NCBI RefSeq assembly: GCF_006345805.1
Contig: NC_042997.1
Location: 28,272,001 to 28,336,000, forward strand
Direction of reading: 5' to 3'
Length of the DNA stretch: 64,000 nucleotides
From: Octopus sinensis
Taxonomy: Eukaryota
In this document: positions 13,046-27,500 of the stretch, piece after piece
Position numbering within the stretch: position 1 is the stretch's first letter
Layout: the number at the start of each line of letters is the position of its first letter
The notes under the pieces: model-generated
Seen by the model: the letters and a program-made list of their open reading frames with translations, nothing else
What the model was told of the DNA's origin: nothing
Database searches by the model: none
Translations under genes and position numbers: made by a program

Positions 13046-14629
13046 GTGTACATGTGTAATTTTAAAATCAGTGTAAATAATAAAGTAGTTCTTCATCAGA
13101 AATACATCTGCATCTTTCAATCCTCTCAGCATAACAACCTCTCAATTATAACTAAGCGCTTCATGCAAAGATACAATAACTCTTTCAAAATGTCAGCCAA
13201 TTACAATTAAATTGACTCACGTAGCCACAGTGAAATGCATTAAATTATGTTACGATACTAGCCAAATAGCAGTGTACATAGGTGATTCCACACCAGCTCA
13301 ATAATGTGATTCCTCTAGATGCGTTTCTGAAATCTCTAGAAGCGTAACCAGACGTGCAATTAATTGTTTAGATTTAGTTCTGTAGTTACCAATGAAAATG
13401 CTTTGTGTATACTTGATATATTTACCTAACGCTAACATAAGGAACAGATAAATGTCACGAACAGCCGAACATTAAATTGCTTCAACTAGGAATTGATTAA
13501 AGGATTTTGCGTTGAGTTAATGAAAGAACCCCTTATGCATTTCGTGGTCTGCATGATTTTATAAGAATGAAATATATTTCAAATTACACTTCACTGTCTC
13601 AAAAAGGAAACAGATGTTTTGAGTGAAATCCTAGTTGCACTACGTTTACAAAAACAAAAAAAAAAAGAAACTAGAGAGGTCAGTGTTGAACTGGCATTTT
13701 TTAGTCAGACCCACCAAACCTGGGTATGAACTGCAAAAGATCATCTGCTAGAACATTTCATTACATCACCAAACGTAGAATACAGCACTTCCTTCCCATA
13801 ATCATTAGGTTGATAAAATCGTTTACACTACTCCACATATATTACAGGTGATACAGCGACATCAATTTCTATAAAAAGTAAAACATTTCACCTTATATCC
13901 ACTTCATTAAATCAATGTCAGATTCAGGTATTTTGTGGTGAATTCTTCTTCGTGTCACAGACACAATAGCCCCTGAACTGGTCACATGTGTGCGACAATA
14001 TTCAACTGTCATCTTTCATTCTTTCTGAAAAGTTCTATGAAAATGACACTTTTATGTTTAAATCTCGTATCAACAAACCTAGAGATGCTACGTACGAATA
14101 CGCTTACACATCATTATTGCAAACGTACACAAATTGTACAAAACCTAGCACACAATCACCGACCAGAACTACAACACACGCGCACAAATATAAAATTATG
14201 CATTCAGATTTCACTTACTTGGGTTATAGAAACACATACCACACATTACAAAAATAGGACGTATATTCCCATGGAACATACCTGATCGATAAAACATATC
14301 CTTGCTTATCTCTTCTATCAACTTTAGTACCTTAAAAGATAACTGTTAATTCTGTAATTTATTTTTAAACCATAACCTATTAAATCACCAACTATTTAGT
14401 TGTAACTCTTTTTCCTAAATGATTTAACATTCAACTAGTTTCTCCATTCACGACTACCTACACACTCATACCCACATAGCTAAAAATATTTCTACATCCA
14501 CTGACCTTAAGCCATAAAACGGACACAAACACTTACTACTAGATTTCCTCCCCAACCCCTACGAACTAGAATAATAGCTCTGGCACCTACCATTCTCTTT
14601 GAATCCCTTTCATTTTACTTCATTTTACA

Positions 14630-14880
14630 TTTTTACGTTATCGTCCTTTACACCCCTCTCCTTATTTACCCTGATTTATTTATTTGTATTGTTTTCGTTA
14701 TCTTCCTTTACCTCATTCTTTCCTCTTATTTACCCTGATTTATTTATTTGTATTGTTTTCGTTATCTTCTTTTACCTCATTCTTTCCCCTTATTTACCCT
14801 GATTTATATATTTATTTGTGTTTTTACGTTATTTTCCTTTACTTCCACTTCTCCTTATTTATCCTTATATATATATTTAT
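14630..14880. repeat. 64-bp minisatellite, about 4 copies
   Basis: TTATTTACCCTGATTTAT recurs at 14662, 14726 and 14790. Confidence 0.85.
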
Positions 14881-14996
14881 TTATCTTGTCTATTTTTGTA
14901 GATTATACTTTTATATACCTTATTTTATCCTTCGTAACAATCCTTGCTTTCCTCCACCATTTTCTGTACCTCCTGCTGCCCCACTATTACCTTACA

Positions 14997-15402
14997 CTCT
15001 TTTCTCTTTTACTTGTTTCAGTCATTTGACTGCGGCCATGCTGGAGCACCGCCTTTTAGCCGAGCAACTCGACCCCGGGACTTATTCTTTTGCAAGCCCA
15101 GTACTTATTCTATCGGTCTCTTTTGCCGAACCGCTAAGTGACGGGGACATGAATACACCAGCATCGGTTGTCAAGCAATGCTAGGGGGACAAACACAGAC
15201 ATACAAACACACACACACACATATATATATACATATATACGACAGGCTTCTTTCAGTTTCCGTCAACCAAATCCACTCACAAGGCATTGGTCGGCCCGGG
15301 ATTATAGCAGAAGACTCTTTCCCAAGATGCCACGCAGTGGGACTGAACCCGGAACCATGTGGTTGGTTAGCAAGCTACTTACCACACAGCCACTCCTGCG
15401 CC
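14997..15402 (-). mobile_element. tRNA-derived SINE family A, full length
   Basis: Head GGCGCAGGAGTGGCTGTGTGG with A/B boxes, internal TA/TG tract, tail GAAACAAGTAAAAGAG. Confidence 0.9.
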
Positions 15403-15838
15403 TAACTTTCTATTTATTTTTCTTTGTTTTTATCCCTTAATAGCAAACTCTGATGCGTTCGCGTTTATCTCTGAGTATTTACACTGTCAAGTCTATAGCC
15501 ATAAATGGATTTAATCGGGATTGCACCTAAGGACTTATGTACTAACATCTACACTATCGGAAAGTTGGACTGTGAACCTTTATGCTTTCTTTATTCCTTT
15601 TCTCTTGCCCTCTGCGTCATCGTTTCATTAATCAATACCTTTCGCATTGTCCATATTTGTCTCCGATCACAGAATATTCCATACTTTGGGATATCACAGA
15701 AACAGCTGTAAGGATTTAAAATTTTTTCAGTAATAATAACGTATATGACTTCAGACGGTTGTCATAACTTAGCGTTTGTCGTCCTCTTTAACACAAACAC
15801 ACACAAACACACACACACACAACACACACACACACACA

Positions 15839-15882
<44 letters not shown>

Positions 15883-16199
15883 TATATAATTTATATATAT
15901 ATATATATATATATGTGCGTGTGTGTGTTTGTGTGTGTAGATATCTTTGAGTTTATTTCGGTTTATGCGTGTGCATTATGTGTGGTTTTTGGTATTTTTA
16001 CCGGGTTTAGGACAGACTGCTATCTCATATTTGTTCAAATTTTTATAGTCGGTCATCTCAACATTATTACTAATTCTGACTTGTAATTATTTCAACTATC
16101 ACTATCGAAAGGCAGGTTACGATTTCATATGGTCATACTGAAATTGGTGCATCGTTTACACCATTTACAAATGCATACAGAAATACGCATTGAGACATG

Positions 16200-17330
16200 G
16201 AACCACACATACATATCATAGAAATCTGCATAGGCATTAAATGAGAGGAATACGTTTGCTGAATGTTGAACGTTAAATTAGAATTAGTTAAATGTTGCAG
16301 TCTCTGTAGGGAGGTTAAAATTGATCAAGAAAAGATAAAAGAACCTTCTTAGATGAGAAATCTGATGGAGCAGATAAAATTCTCAATGCCGGAAAATAGA
16401 GGTACCGGAAGCATTTATGAAATTATGAACGAGATAGCAGAAAGAGGAAATGGAACAAAAAGACTAGCTCCGCGTAGAATTGATGCGGAACAAATACCAT
16501 CTGATATAAACATTCAAGAAATAATTTATTAATGCAGACATGAACAAGGCTTTTGATGGGAGAAATGCTTAGGAAATTCTCAAACCACAAGAGTAGGTGA
16601 ACGTGGTTTCACATGAAATATCCGTGGTAGAAACAGTGAGAGCTATTGAGCTAAAAAATAGAAAGTCATTGAATAGGTGGAATTTCAGGAGAAATGCCAC
16701 AATCAGATAAACTTGCAAATGAAATTGTCGCATTAAAGCTATTTGGTTATATGAACTATTGAATAATTTCCTCAATATTGGTAAATCCTTGCATACCAAA
16801 AATAGTATTTAAGACCGTGTGCATGTAAGAAGGTATAACCTTTAACAACATAGGTGGTAGAGTATTTAGTTTTATCAACTTGATTAATATAAATATTGCT
16901 TAGGAATAAACAAGAAAGTTTCCGATCGTATTGAGATTATAGTGATATTTTGCAATAAAACGCAGAATAAATGCATATGTGGATAATGGCTTTATGTGAC
17001 ATATTGAAAAGGCCTATAATTTAGAGTTTGAGTTAATATGATGCTATAGTTTGCTTAAAAAGAATGTCAAAGTTATGAGAAAAATGCATGAGAAAGTAAG
17101 TAGATGAGAAACATGGATCTATGGAAAATAATTGGTAGATTTGGACAATGCGAATAATAGGTTTTTTTCTTGTAAAACGCAAGACTCTAAAATGGAATGC
17201 AAATATGATTAAATATGAAAATTTATAAAGGAAAATGTATAGCGATAACAGTGAAAAAAGAATGAAATTGTATGAATCAAGGAGAGGATACATGGAATGT
17301 ACTATTGAATAAGCCCATTCTAGGAGAATA
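16200..17330 (+). pseudogene. Heavily decayed LINE RT remnant (RTE-like)
   Basis: Fragments resembling RT motifs, e.g. CDIEKAYN similar to DLEKAYD. Many stops. Confidence 0.35.
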
Positions 17331-17506
17331 AAATAGGTTTAAATATCCTGTAAATGTTACAAGGCGTTTTTGAATTTACAAAAGTGAAATTAATTACAAA
17401 TGTAAGAAAGCAATGTGAAAAGTGTTGAGTGATTAAGAATCACGTCGTTTGGCAATTCAGTAAAAATGAATTTGTGGTGATCAATAGCGAAAAGAGTTTA
17501 GCATTC

Positions 17507-17822
17507 TTCTATTTGTTGCAGTCATTTGACAGTAGTCATATTGGAACACCGCTATAAAAATGTTTTTTAGTCGAAGAAATTCACCCCAGGAGTTATTCTT
17601 TGTAAGCTTAGTACGTATTCTCTAGGATTGGTTTGCCGAACTGCTATGTTACGGGGACATAAACCCACCAATACCGTATATATATGACAGGCTTAATCCA
17701 TTAACCAGGCTTTAGTCGGTTTGAGATTATAATAGAAAACAGTTGAGCAGGTTATCACTTACTGGAGCTGAATCCTGTACCATGTGGTTTAGAAGCAAGC
17801 TTCTTACCACACAACCACGCCT
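17507..17822 (-). mobile_element. Degraded SINE family A copy
   Basis: Tail and head motifs are recognisable, with an internal deletion. Confidence 0.65.
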
Positions 17823-17849
17823 AGAACTTGGTGACGACCATCCTGGTAA

Positions 17850-18190
17850 CCAGAGATGGGTACCTAAACTGTCACCCACTATCCCTATAATTCAAACAGT
17901 CCTCAACATTTGTTTGTTCAACAAGCTGAAGACAGATTGCAGGGACATTCGATTTTAAGATGAAGTTGTCACAAGGGTCCTGGACGTTCCATAGGGCCAT
18001 CACAAATGCATTGAAGGAGATTCAAATTTTGCACATCTTCGAAATTAATGAATGTTGCGCTAGAAAAGTGACCTGTTACTCCAGAAAAAAGATTTAATTT
18101 GTTCCCACGGAAACGTCTCCTGGTGATGTCAGTATCTTGCGTGTTTTAATGTCAATGGAGTTGATTCCCTCTACAAACGACTCAAATACT
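17850..18190 (-). pseudogene. R4/Dong-like (RLE-type) LINE fragment
   Basis: Minus frame EGINSIDIKTRKILT resembles the post-RT D.KTRK.LT motif. Confidence 0.4.
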
Positions 18191-18198
18191 CTGTACGT

Positions 18199-18935
<737 letters not shown>

Positions 18936-20159
18936 TGTATGTATATTGACTATATATATAAGGTCCACCTGAAATAAACCGATCGTTACAGATTAATATA
19001 TATAAGCATTTGCGAATGTATGTTTCTAAGTTTTAGGAGTCTTTGTAGCTGTCTAATAATATGGCATTATTTCTCCAAATGCTAAATAACAAGAGAGAGA
19101 GAGAGAGACAGACAAAGAAAGAGAGAGAGAGGCAGAGACAGAGAGTTAGTGAGTCAGTGAGTGAGTGAGGGAGGGAGAGAGAGAAAGAGAGAGAAGGCGG
19201 GGTGGAGAGCATTGTGTTATATACATTGTGCCATATAACATGGAAGGCATTATTGCAGAAATATATCGATTTTGTTAACCAGAACGTAGAATTTCAGGTA
19301 AGGTTATTATATTTAATGTTTAGATGAATGGCTTTCAGTAAGAGGGTCAATAATTTCATATCTTTTTATGTTTGTAATTCTTACAACGCAGATATTTTTT
19401 CTTTTCTCTGGCATTTCGATTTAGGTATAAAATCTGCTTTAGAGCGTCTGGCTAAAACATCAATCTTGCAATTTATGTTGAATAAATTTATATCATCTCA
19501 AGAAGTATATCAGCTCATTAATTTCGAATTATTATCTGTGTTTAGGGTTTGTAATTTAACAACTGTAAAAAGTATCTTAAAATTTAAATATTGCTTTTAA
19601 ATATTCAATAGGTTTAAATATCCTGTAAATGTTACAAGGCGTTTTAAAACTGAATCACGTCGTTTGGCAATTCAGTAAAAATAAATTTTTTGGTTTTTGA
19701 TTTCAACAGTAGTATTAGGGGATATTTCTGTGGCAGAAATGGTTGATCGCCGGAACAAAATACCTCGTCCTACTTATTATCGTCGTTGTCTGTTCTACAC
19801 AAAAAAGGTACCTAATTCAATTTTAGTTTTATAATTGTGGAGTGATTATATGTACGTACAAAGTTGAAGCAATAGTTTTTAACGGAGTCTACCTTATTGC
19901 AAAATTTGAAACCGAGTGTAGAGCTTAGATATAATTTACAACCAGAAAAGTATTTTTCAGACATTGAAATGTGTTAAATATTTGACTAAAATTGAAGCGT
20001 GGAGATGCAGACGCACCTAGAAAGATTATTCTCAATAATCAACTTAATAATCAAAATTTCTCTACTCGTGACGAAAACAACTCTTTCTGCGCATAATGTA
20101 TTTTAAATAATATTTGGCATTTCATTCCCATTTTGAGTATTATCTGGTGTATATTAGAT

Positions 20160-22580
20160 AGTTTTGGTAATATTGTTGGATAACGAAAGCGATTGTAGGC
20201 CCCAAAGACGCACTGTACTTGTTGCCCGCGAGCTGAACCGCTAGATAGTGATACGGTTGCACTTTCAGAGACTCGTATAGAAGGTGATGGCCAGCTTGAG
20301 GAAGTAGGAGGTGGATACAACCTTTCTTTTGGAAGGGGAGGCTGGAGGAGGAGCGCAGAGGGGCTGGTGTTGGCTTTTCAGTTCGATCTAGATATCCTTA
20401 AGAAGTTAGAGGACCTTTTTGTTTCTATAAATGAACATCTAATGACTCTACGATTTCACCTGAAAGGTGTGGGTTTGCCACTCGAATAAGTGCCTATGCA
20501 TCTGCTTTAACTAGTTGTGATGAAGATAAAACTTTTTTATACCAAGATGAGAGCCATACTTAGGAAATTCTGCTGGGGAATTTCAATGCCAGTGTTGGAA
20601 CGGACTGGCAAGCACGGAACCCTCTAGGACGTTTTGGTACAGGGAAAATGAATAGCAATGGCCTCATGCTGCTGGAGCTTTGCGATGAACATAGACTTTA
20701 CATCGCAAGCACTCATTTTCTGCACAAAAGTGATCACACAACATCGTGGATGCATCCAAGTCTAAGGTTTGGCACTTGCTGGATTATGTCATTATCAGCA
20801 AGTTCTTTCATGGATCGGAAAGCTAGACAGAACACAGCCTGGTGCGAGAAGGTTTGCGGATGATGATTAGAGTGAAAGAGAGAAGAGGACCAATTGGTAT
20901 TCCTTGGCGTCTGAATGTCCACAAGATATATGATGATGTGTTTGAGGAAAGAACTTCAGATTTGCTTGTCCAGCATTGAAAATACTACAATATGCGAAGA
21001 ATTCGAGACCAGGTTCGTTCTTCAATGTGCTGGTGAAACACTGGGATATGCTACTGTCAGACACAGATACTGGTTTGATGAATATGATGCTGAGGTTCAG
21101 CGACTAGTGGCTGTAAAGCGTCATGCCCACAATGTATTAATGCACAGAGGACTGTTAGCTGTGAAGCGATTTTCACAGTAAGACAGATGCAGGAGAGGTG
21201 CTATGAGTAGGATATGGATCTTGTCCAGGTATTCATTGATTTAACCTAGACCTTTGATACTGTGAATGGGGCATTGCTACGGAAAATACTCGGCCAATCT
21301 GGATGTCTGGATCACTTCGTATCTATAATTGAATCATTTCATGATGGGATGGAGGCTTGGGTAAATGTTGGTGGTCGCATGGCGGGACCCGTTCCTGTAA
21401 AGAATGGTGTCAAGCAGGTGGAAATCCTTACCCCAACTTTCTTTTTTTGTACATTGCTGCTGCTTTTATTCATGCTTTTGAAAAGATTAGCTCTCTGGGA
21501 ATATATGTCAGGTATCGATCTTCTGACCGTCTCTTTAATCTACACCAATTTGTTGCCAATTTCAAAAGTTTTCCAGTTTCTTATTCGTGACCTCCTTTAT
21601 GCAGATGACTGTGACTTAGCCACTCATACAATGGATGACATGCAAATACTTATGAATCGTATTTTTGCTTCTTGCAATGCTTTTGGACTCAGCATTAGCC
21701 TGGACAAGATAGTTGTAATGTCTTAGCTTGCACCAGGAAGTCCATATGTGGAACAATAAATCTTGGTTGAAGGAACAATACTGAAAGTTGTAGACAAGTT
21801 TGTCTACTTGGGCAGCACACTCGGCCATGCTTGCTCCCTGGAGGATGAAATATATTTCAGGCCTCGGAGAGTAATTGATTCGTTCCGGTCTCTTGAATCT
21901 CGTGTGTGGTCACAAGACAAACAAAAATTGCTGTGTAGTGACATCACTCCTCTACTTATGTGAGGCATGGACCCTTTACAAATGATATGTAAAGGTCTCT
22001 GACAGCTTTCATCAGAGATGTCTGAGACAGATTTTGAATTTTGGCTGAACAATAAAAACTCCAAACACACAGGTCTTTAGGAACGCTGATATTTTGGGTA
22101 TTCAGGTGATGGTGCACAAGCACCAAATACGTTGGACTGGACGGCTTATTAGAATGAAGGATAGCAGGACCCCTAAACAGATGCTATATGGTGAACTCGT
22201 TAGTGAAAAGAGATCCCGGCAGAAACCAAGGCTACGATTTAAGGACTGTGTCCAATCCTCATTAAAGACCTATGATATGCAGGAGACTGTCATCGCCACA
22301 GATGGAGTGGAGGAAGCAGGTTAAGGTGAGGGCCTACAGCTTTGAAAGAGTACGTATTCTGCATGAAGAAGTTAAGCGTGCTGTTCGAGAGGGCGCTGCT
22401 AGCATTGTGAATGGGTAAAGCTTGGTTTGCAATATTTGTAGTTGTGTATCTTTGTGAAGAGCAGGGCTCATTAGCCACCAACGGAGTCGCAAATGCAAAA
22501 TATAATTCAGTCCTAGAGCGCACAATGTTCCTAAATGTCAATAATGGTCCTCCTCGCTCAGGAGTGGACGGCCATCATGT
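20160..22580 (+). mobile_element. Decayed RTE/BovB-like LINE (endonuclease + RT + C-terminal zinc finger), internally deleted
   Basis: Broken frames give LLDN..RPQRRTVLVAREL, GGGY.FFWKG, GKMNSNGLMLLELC, DTVN, GVKQ, LLYADDC, DKFVYLGS, IRWTGRLIRM, KPRLRFKD and CNIC...RAGLISHQR. Confidence 0.92.
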
Positions 22581-23564
22581 ATCTAAGTATGTATACATTT
22601 ACGTATGCATGTAAATGTGTAATTAGCTTTGTTTCTTTGTTTGTCTTTGTATACATACGTTGATACATACATATTTACTTCATAGACAGATAGATAAATA
22701 GATAGAAAAAATAGATACAAACATACATATATATGTTACATATATAATATGTACATTCATACAAACATGCATAAATACATACATAACTATATGAAGATAA
22801 TCAACCCCTGAACTGTTATTTAAAAGAAATTGTATTAAAGTATAGGTTTATATGTACTATAGAATAATGAATTCCATTAAGTGAAATCCAAATGGTTTTT
22901 CAAATAAATAAGACATTTTCATTGTTTCAAGCATAGTGTCAAAAGTATACTGGACATTTTCATTAAAACCTCTCCTACAGAAACAATATACGGCACAAGA
23001 TTCTAATTAATGAAAACTTAAATGTGCGAAATTTGGAGAATATCAAAATATATAAGAACCAATGACGTTAGGTTGAATCATTACTTTATATTCTGTCGTA
23101 GACATATCTGTAAATAAATACGTAAGGGGAAATACATAACAACACATACAACCGTATATATGATGTGAAAGAAAACAGCAGCCTGTTGGATATGTCTTTA
23201 TATACGTAGAAGAAAATCTGTATATAAAATTAAGAAAAATACGTAAGAAATTTGCTCGGAGCTTGCGGATATTAAGTGCCAAGTCTTGATGAATTAACTT
23301 TCTTTACCTCTATAATAATATATGTGGATTTTGAATGTTTTGTTATAATCTACAAGTTAGTAGTTCACTAGTTTATTTTAGCCTTTGGAAGTTTTAATCA
23401 AAACTGAAGGTAACTGAATGCTATTGACTTAAACACACGTACATACAAATACACAGGCACACGTACATACAAATACACAGGCTCACAGACATATGCATGA
23501 TACCACAAAAAACACACACGCACAGCCATATACATAAATGCAGAAATAGGTAAGTTGAAGTATG

Positions 23565-23786
23565 TTTGTCAAATATTTGAACTGCTAAAAGGCAAATACA
23601 CTGCAGTTACTGTGGATAATAAATATCTCTTGTGGTAAAAAGGCGTGAAAACACCGTGTTCGTTCAATGTCGCCATCTATTAGGAACTCCCCAAAAGATG
23701 GTGACACTGAACAGTTTTACCATAAGATTTATTCTCCACAATAGCTGCAGTGCATTTGCTTTTTAGCAGTTCAAACATGTGGCAAA
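23565..23786. mobile_element. Foldback MITE, ~220 bp
   Basis: Outer arms of ~70 bp (TTTGAACTGCTAAAAG / CTTTTAGCAGTTCAAA) plus inner arms GTTCAATGTCGCCATCT / AGATGGTGACACTGAAC. Confidence 0.75.
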
Positions 23787-23811
23787 TAAATTTCAGTTTA
23801 CCTAATTCTTA

Positions 23812-24220
23812 TTTCTTTACTGCCCACAAGGGGCTACACACAGAGGGGACAAACAAGGACAGACACAACGATTAAGTCGATTATATCGACCCGAGTGCGA
23901 AACTGGTAATTATTTAATCGATGCCGAAAGGATGAAAGGTGAAGTTGACCTCGGCGGAATTTGAACTCAAAACGTAACGGCAGACGAAATACCTATTTTT
24001 TTACTACCCACGAAGGGCTAAACACAGAGGGGGACAAACAAAGACAGACAAACGGATTAATTCGATTATATCGATCCTAGTGCGTAATTGGTACTTATCT
24101 AATCGACCCCGACAAGATGGAAGGCAAAGTCGACGTCGGCGGAATTTGAACTCAGAACGTAGCGGCAGACGAAATACCGCTAAGCATTTCGCCCGGCGTG
24201 GTAACGTTTCTGCAGCTCGC
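23812..24220 (-). mobile_element. Head-to-tail pair of SINE family C (Deu/Nin-domain-like)
   Basis: Headless copy 23812-23993 and full copy 23994-24220. Both contain a GTCGACTTTGCCTTTCATCC...GGGTCGAT-like domain. Confidence 0.88.
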
Positions 24221-24599
24221 ATCTTACGTAATTCTGCTCATACTTACACACTGCTTAGCGCTGACACTTCGTTATTTACCTCGGTCGGGTGATCTGCTAG
24301 CACAAATCAGTCAACGTGTTGACTGAATTATATATAAAGCTACGGCATCTGCTGCTAAAATCTTTGCTATTGTGAGACTTGCTTTTTTGTTGGTGAATTT
24401 TTTGTTACTGATTTTGCCTTTTGGATCCCTGTTTGGATTGAACTTTTATCGTCGTTTGAACTCTTATCGTCGTTTCCCTCTACAGGGTGAAAAATTGTTG
24501 TCTTTCGTGAACTTTTCTTTTTTCATGTTTGTCATTTGAGTCAAAAAATTTATTATTTTCTACGTGTACGGCTGTAAGACAATAAACCTGTTTGAAAAA

Positions 24600-27500
24600 A
24601 TATGGAGTTTGACTTAAAGTCAAAAGAAGACTTCCCTGCCATGAAAGAAGATACTTGAAAACAAAATGTTATTGGAAAACCAAGTTTCTCAGCAGCCTTC
24701 GGAGGCAACTTCACGCAAAGGAATTTTTCGATAGAACAATTGTTCAGGTTCAGAAACCTAATAAAAGAGAAAACGGAAATGATATTAAGTTAGTACCACC
24801 GCAGGAGATGGAGCAGAACTTGTCAGCACAAATGGTAGTCTTTCAAATCTAAAGTAGAAAGGGAAAAAAATCACGCCCACCAAAAACATAACTGTTGAGA
24901 AATGCTTGGGGCCCATGTGGGATAAAATTCTATATATGGGAAGAGGAGTACGAATCGCTACATTAGAGGCGCACTTTAAAGATGCCGAAACGGCGAAACA
25001 AGTTTTAACATAGACCCTGAAGAACGAGGAAATAATCCTCCTTCCAATATACCTAGGGAGGAGGACGGCGAAAATCACAATTGAAGAGATACCAGTTGAG
25101 TAGGAGGCGTCAGGGATGGCCGCGGCGGTTATTATGACGCAGAGGATGAGATTACAATATTACAGATGAGGACAGAGGCCGTAAAATGGAAAGGTCAAAC
25201 GTTGGAGATTTTGGTACAAGCCCCAAACGAAATATTAGAATCGAGGCTATGCGTAATTTTCATAGGGGAGGGACTAAGTGGCAGAGGCTCGGTGGAGGGA
25301 AGAATGCCAAGAAAAAATAAAAAACAACAAAAGAGGCAGAAAAGGGAAAAAAGGGAAAAATAGTGAAACTATCAATGAGGAGGGGAAAAGGTGGAAACAA
25401 CCGAGAAAAATAAAATTGTAACTCGCAAAAAGAAAAGAGGAACGAGAACAACAAAGAAGAGGTGGAAAAAGCAGAAAAAGCAAAGAAGAAAATAAAATAC
25501 AGGATAGCGCTCATGAAATCCAACCAGAAGAAATGGACTATACGGTAGAGAAAAAAATAGAAAAAAGCCACAGGCCCTGGTTCCCCTCTTCTAACAAAGA
25601 AAGCAATAACCACAAACGCAGGCACACGAGAAAGAAATTTCCCAGCCCACTCCCAAATTGAAACTGTCGACCAAACATTCCTACCCCAACAAAAACAAGA
25701 ATACGTCAAGTATAACGAAAAAAAAAAGAAACAGGTAATGACTAGAATTTTGGTGGACACCCGAAAGTGTTCATATATAAGCGAGTGCAGGACATGCCAT
25801 ATTCGGATGGCAAAATTAACTGACGAAGAACTGTACGAATCAGTTAAAAAGAGATAACCGAACAACATTTTGGACGTAACAAATGAAGTGATCCGGAAAA
25901 TATTAGAGGCTACACCCCAAAGAGAAAAGGAGAGGGAGATACTGCCGATTTAGTGCAGCCCGTCCCCAGACGTAAAAGGTAAGTTTCTTTCTCCTTTTTA
26001 ATTTTTACATAGAGATTAAAGTAGGGTGTATAAATGTACGTGGCTTGGGGGTCGAGATGGAAACAAACCTGTCTCCTGAACGACCTTAGGTCACTAGATT
26101 TGCATATATGCCACGTGACTGAGTCAAAGTTAAACGAGCCACATACGTTGACGCCTCTTCTATGTGGCTATGAGAAAATAATTCCTCCTAGTTGTCAGGG
26201 AGGCGCGGCGGCAGTGGTTTTATTTTAAAAAAAAGCTTAGACGTTGAGGTAAGTACAGTCTTTCTGGACCCAGAAGGTAGGCTGATCGTCCTAGATGTGA
26301 CACATGTAAGTAAGTAGGCCTTCAGGTTGGTAGTTGTCAACGCTACTAAGGATTGTAGGCAAGCTGGTTATTTTCGAGACTTGGAGAATTTCTTGATGAA
26401 GTCAAAGACACTAGGTTTGATTGGAGGCGTTAACACTATTCTCGATGCACGAGAGGATAGTGTTGGCTCGGCAAATAGAAGGGAAAATCCTGATCTCAAA
26501 ATGCTACTAGCAAGTTATAGCTTACTAGACCATTACAGGCTAGATGAAATGCTCGTTCCACAGTGGACGTTATCGAATAACGACGGTTCACATTGATATT
26601 ATCTAGATAGAATATTCATTAGAGAGATAGATATAATGATACATTTAGTTGTACACGTTTCTATTGCGTCCCTTACACGGATCACAAATTTGTGGCGTGT
26701 AAGGTGTACTTAGTTAAGTGTCATAGACAGGGACCAGGGTACTGGAAGCTGAACAAGTCTATTTTGACTTGTAAAGCATTCCGTACCCGGGCTAGTTCAG
26801 AGGGCATTATGTGACGCCATCATCAATAATAGATGGTGGTGCAGCCTCAAACGACACATTCGTTTAGAGTCTGTTAGCTTTAGTAAAGAGCTATGTTTAT
26901 TAAAGACGAGAATAGAAGAGCAATTAGTTAAGGAATTAGACGAGGCTATGGAATCTGGCTCTGCACCTAGAATGAAGGCAGCGGGGGCGGTCTTGTTCTG
27001 CCGCCTCAAAGCCAAACCTCAGGTGTAGAGTCAGGGCTAAGTTACGTGCAGTGGCGAGAGAGGGTATTAACGTTGCCGGTTGGGCTCGTCGTGTGGTGAG
27101 CCGCAGAGGCAAAGAAGCCTCAATAAAGTCTTGAATTGACGAGCAGGTTCGTACAATCGAAGAACAGGAGGAGATGCGAATGGGTTTTCACCAGCATTTC
27201 GCCTGTTTTTTCGGGGAGAGCGATGAAACTGACCGTGGGGAGCCCCTAAGGGACTTCCTCGCCGGTGGGCTGCGACTCTCGGCACGGGAGGCGAAATGCT
27301 GTGAAGGGCCGATTACAGCTGGAGACGTCAAGGAGGTGCTGGCTGAATGCGCCGGGGACAAATCGTCGGGGCTGGTTAGTCTGTTCTATGAATTTTATCG
27401 AATTACGCCGGACTTATTCGGACACCTTCTGGCCTGGCTCTACACGAACTGGCAGCAGAATGGAAGGACTCCTAGCTCTGTTAGTCTGTGAGTGGTGACG

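Noticed and set aside
13700-14330. Possible Penelope GIY-YIG remnant
   Set aside because: Motif resemblance is too weak to support.
14599-14900. Regularly spaced repeats resembling a CRISPR array
   Set aside because: The whole 64-bp unit repeats with no unique spacers, and the context is eukaryotic.
25975-26012. GTAAGT...polypyrimidine...TAG between Tx1 ORF1 and ORF2
   Set aside because: About 34 nt is too short for a likely intron. It is better read as the inter-ORF spacer.
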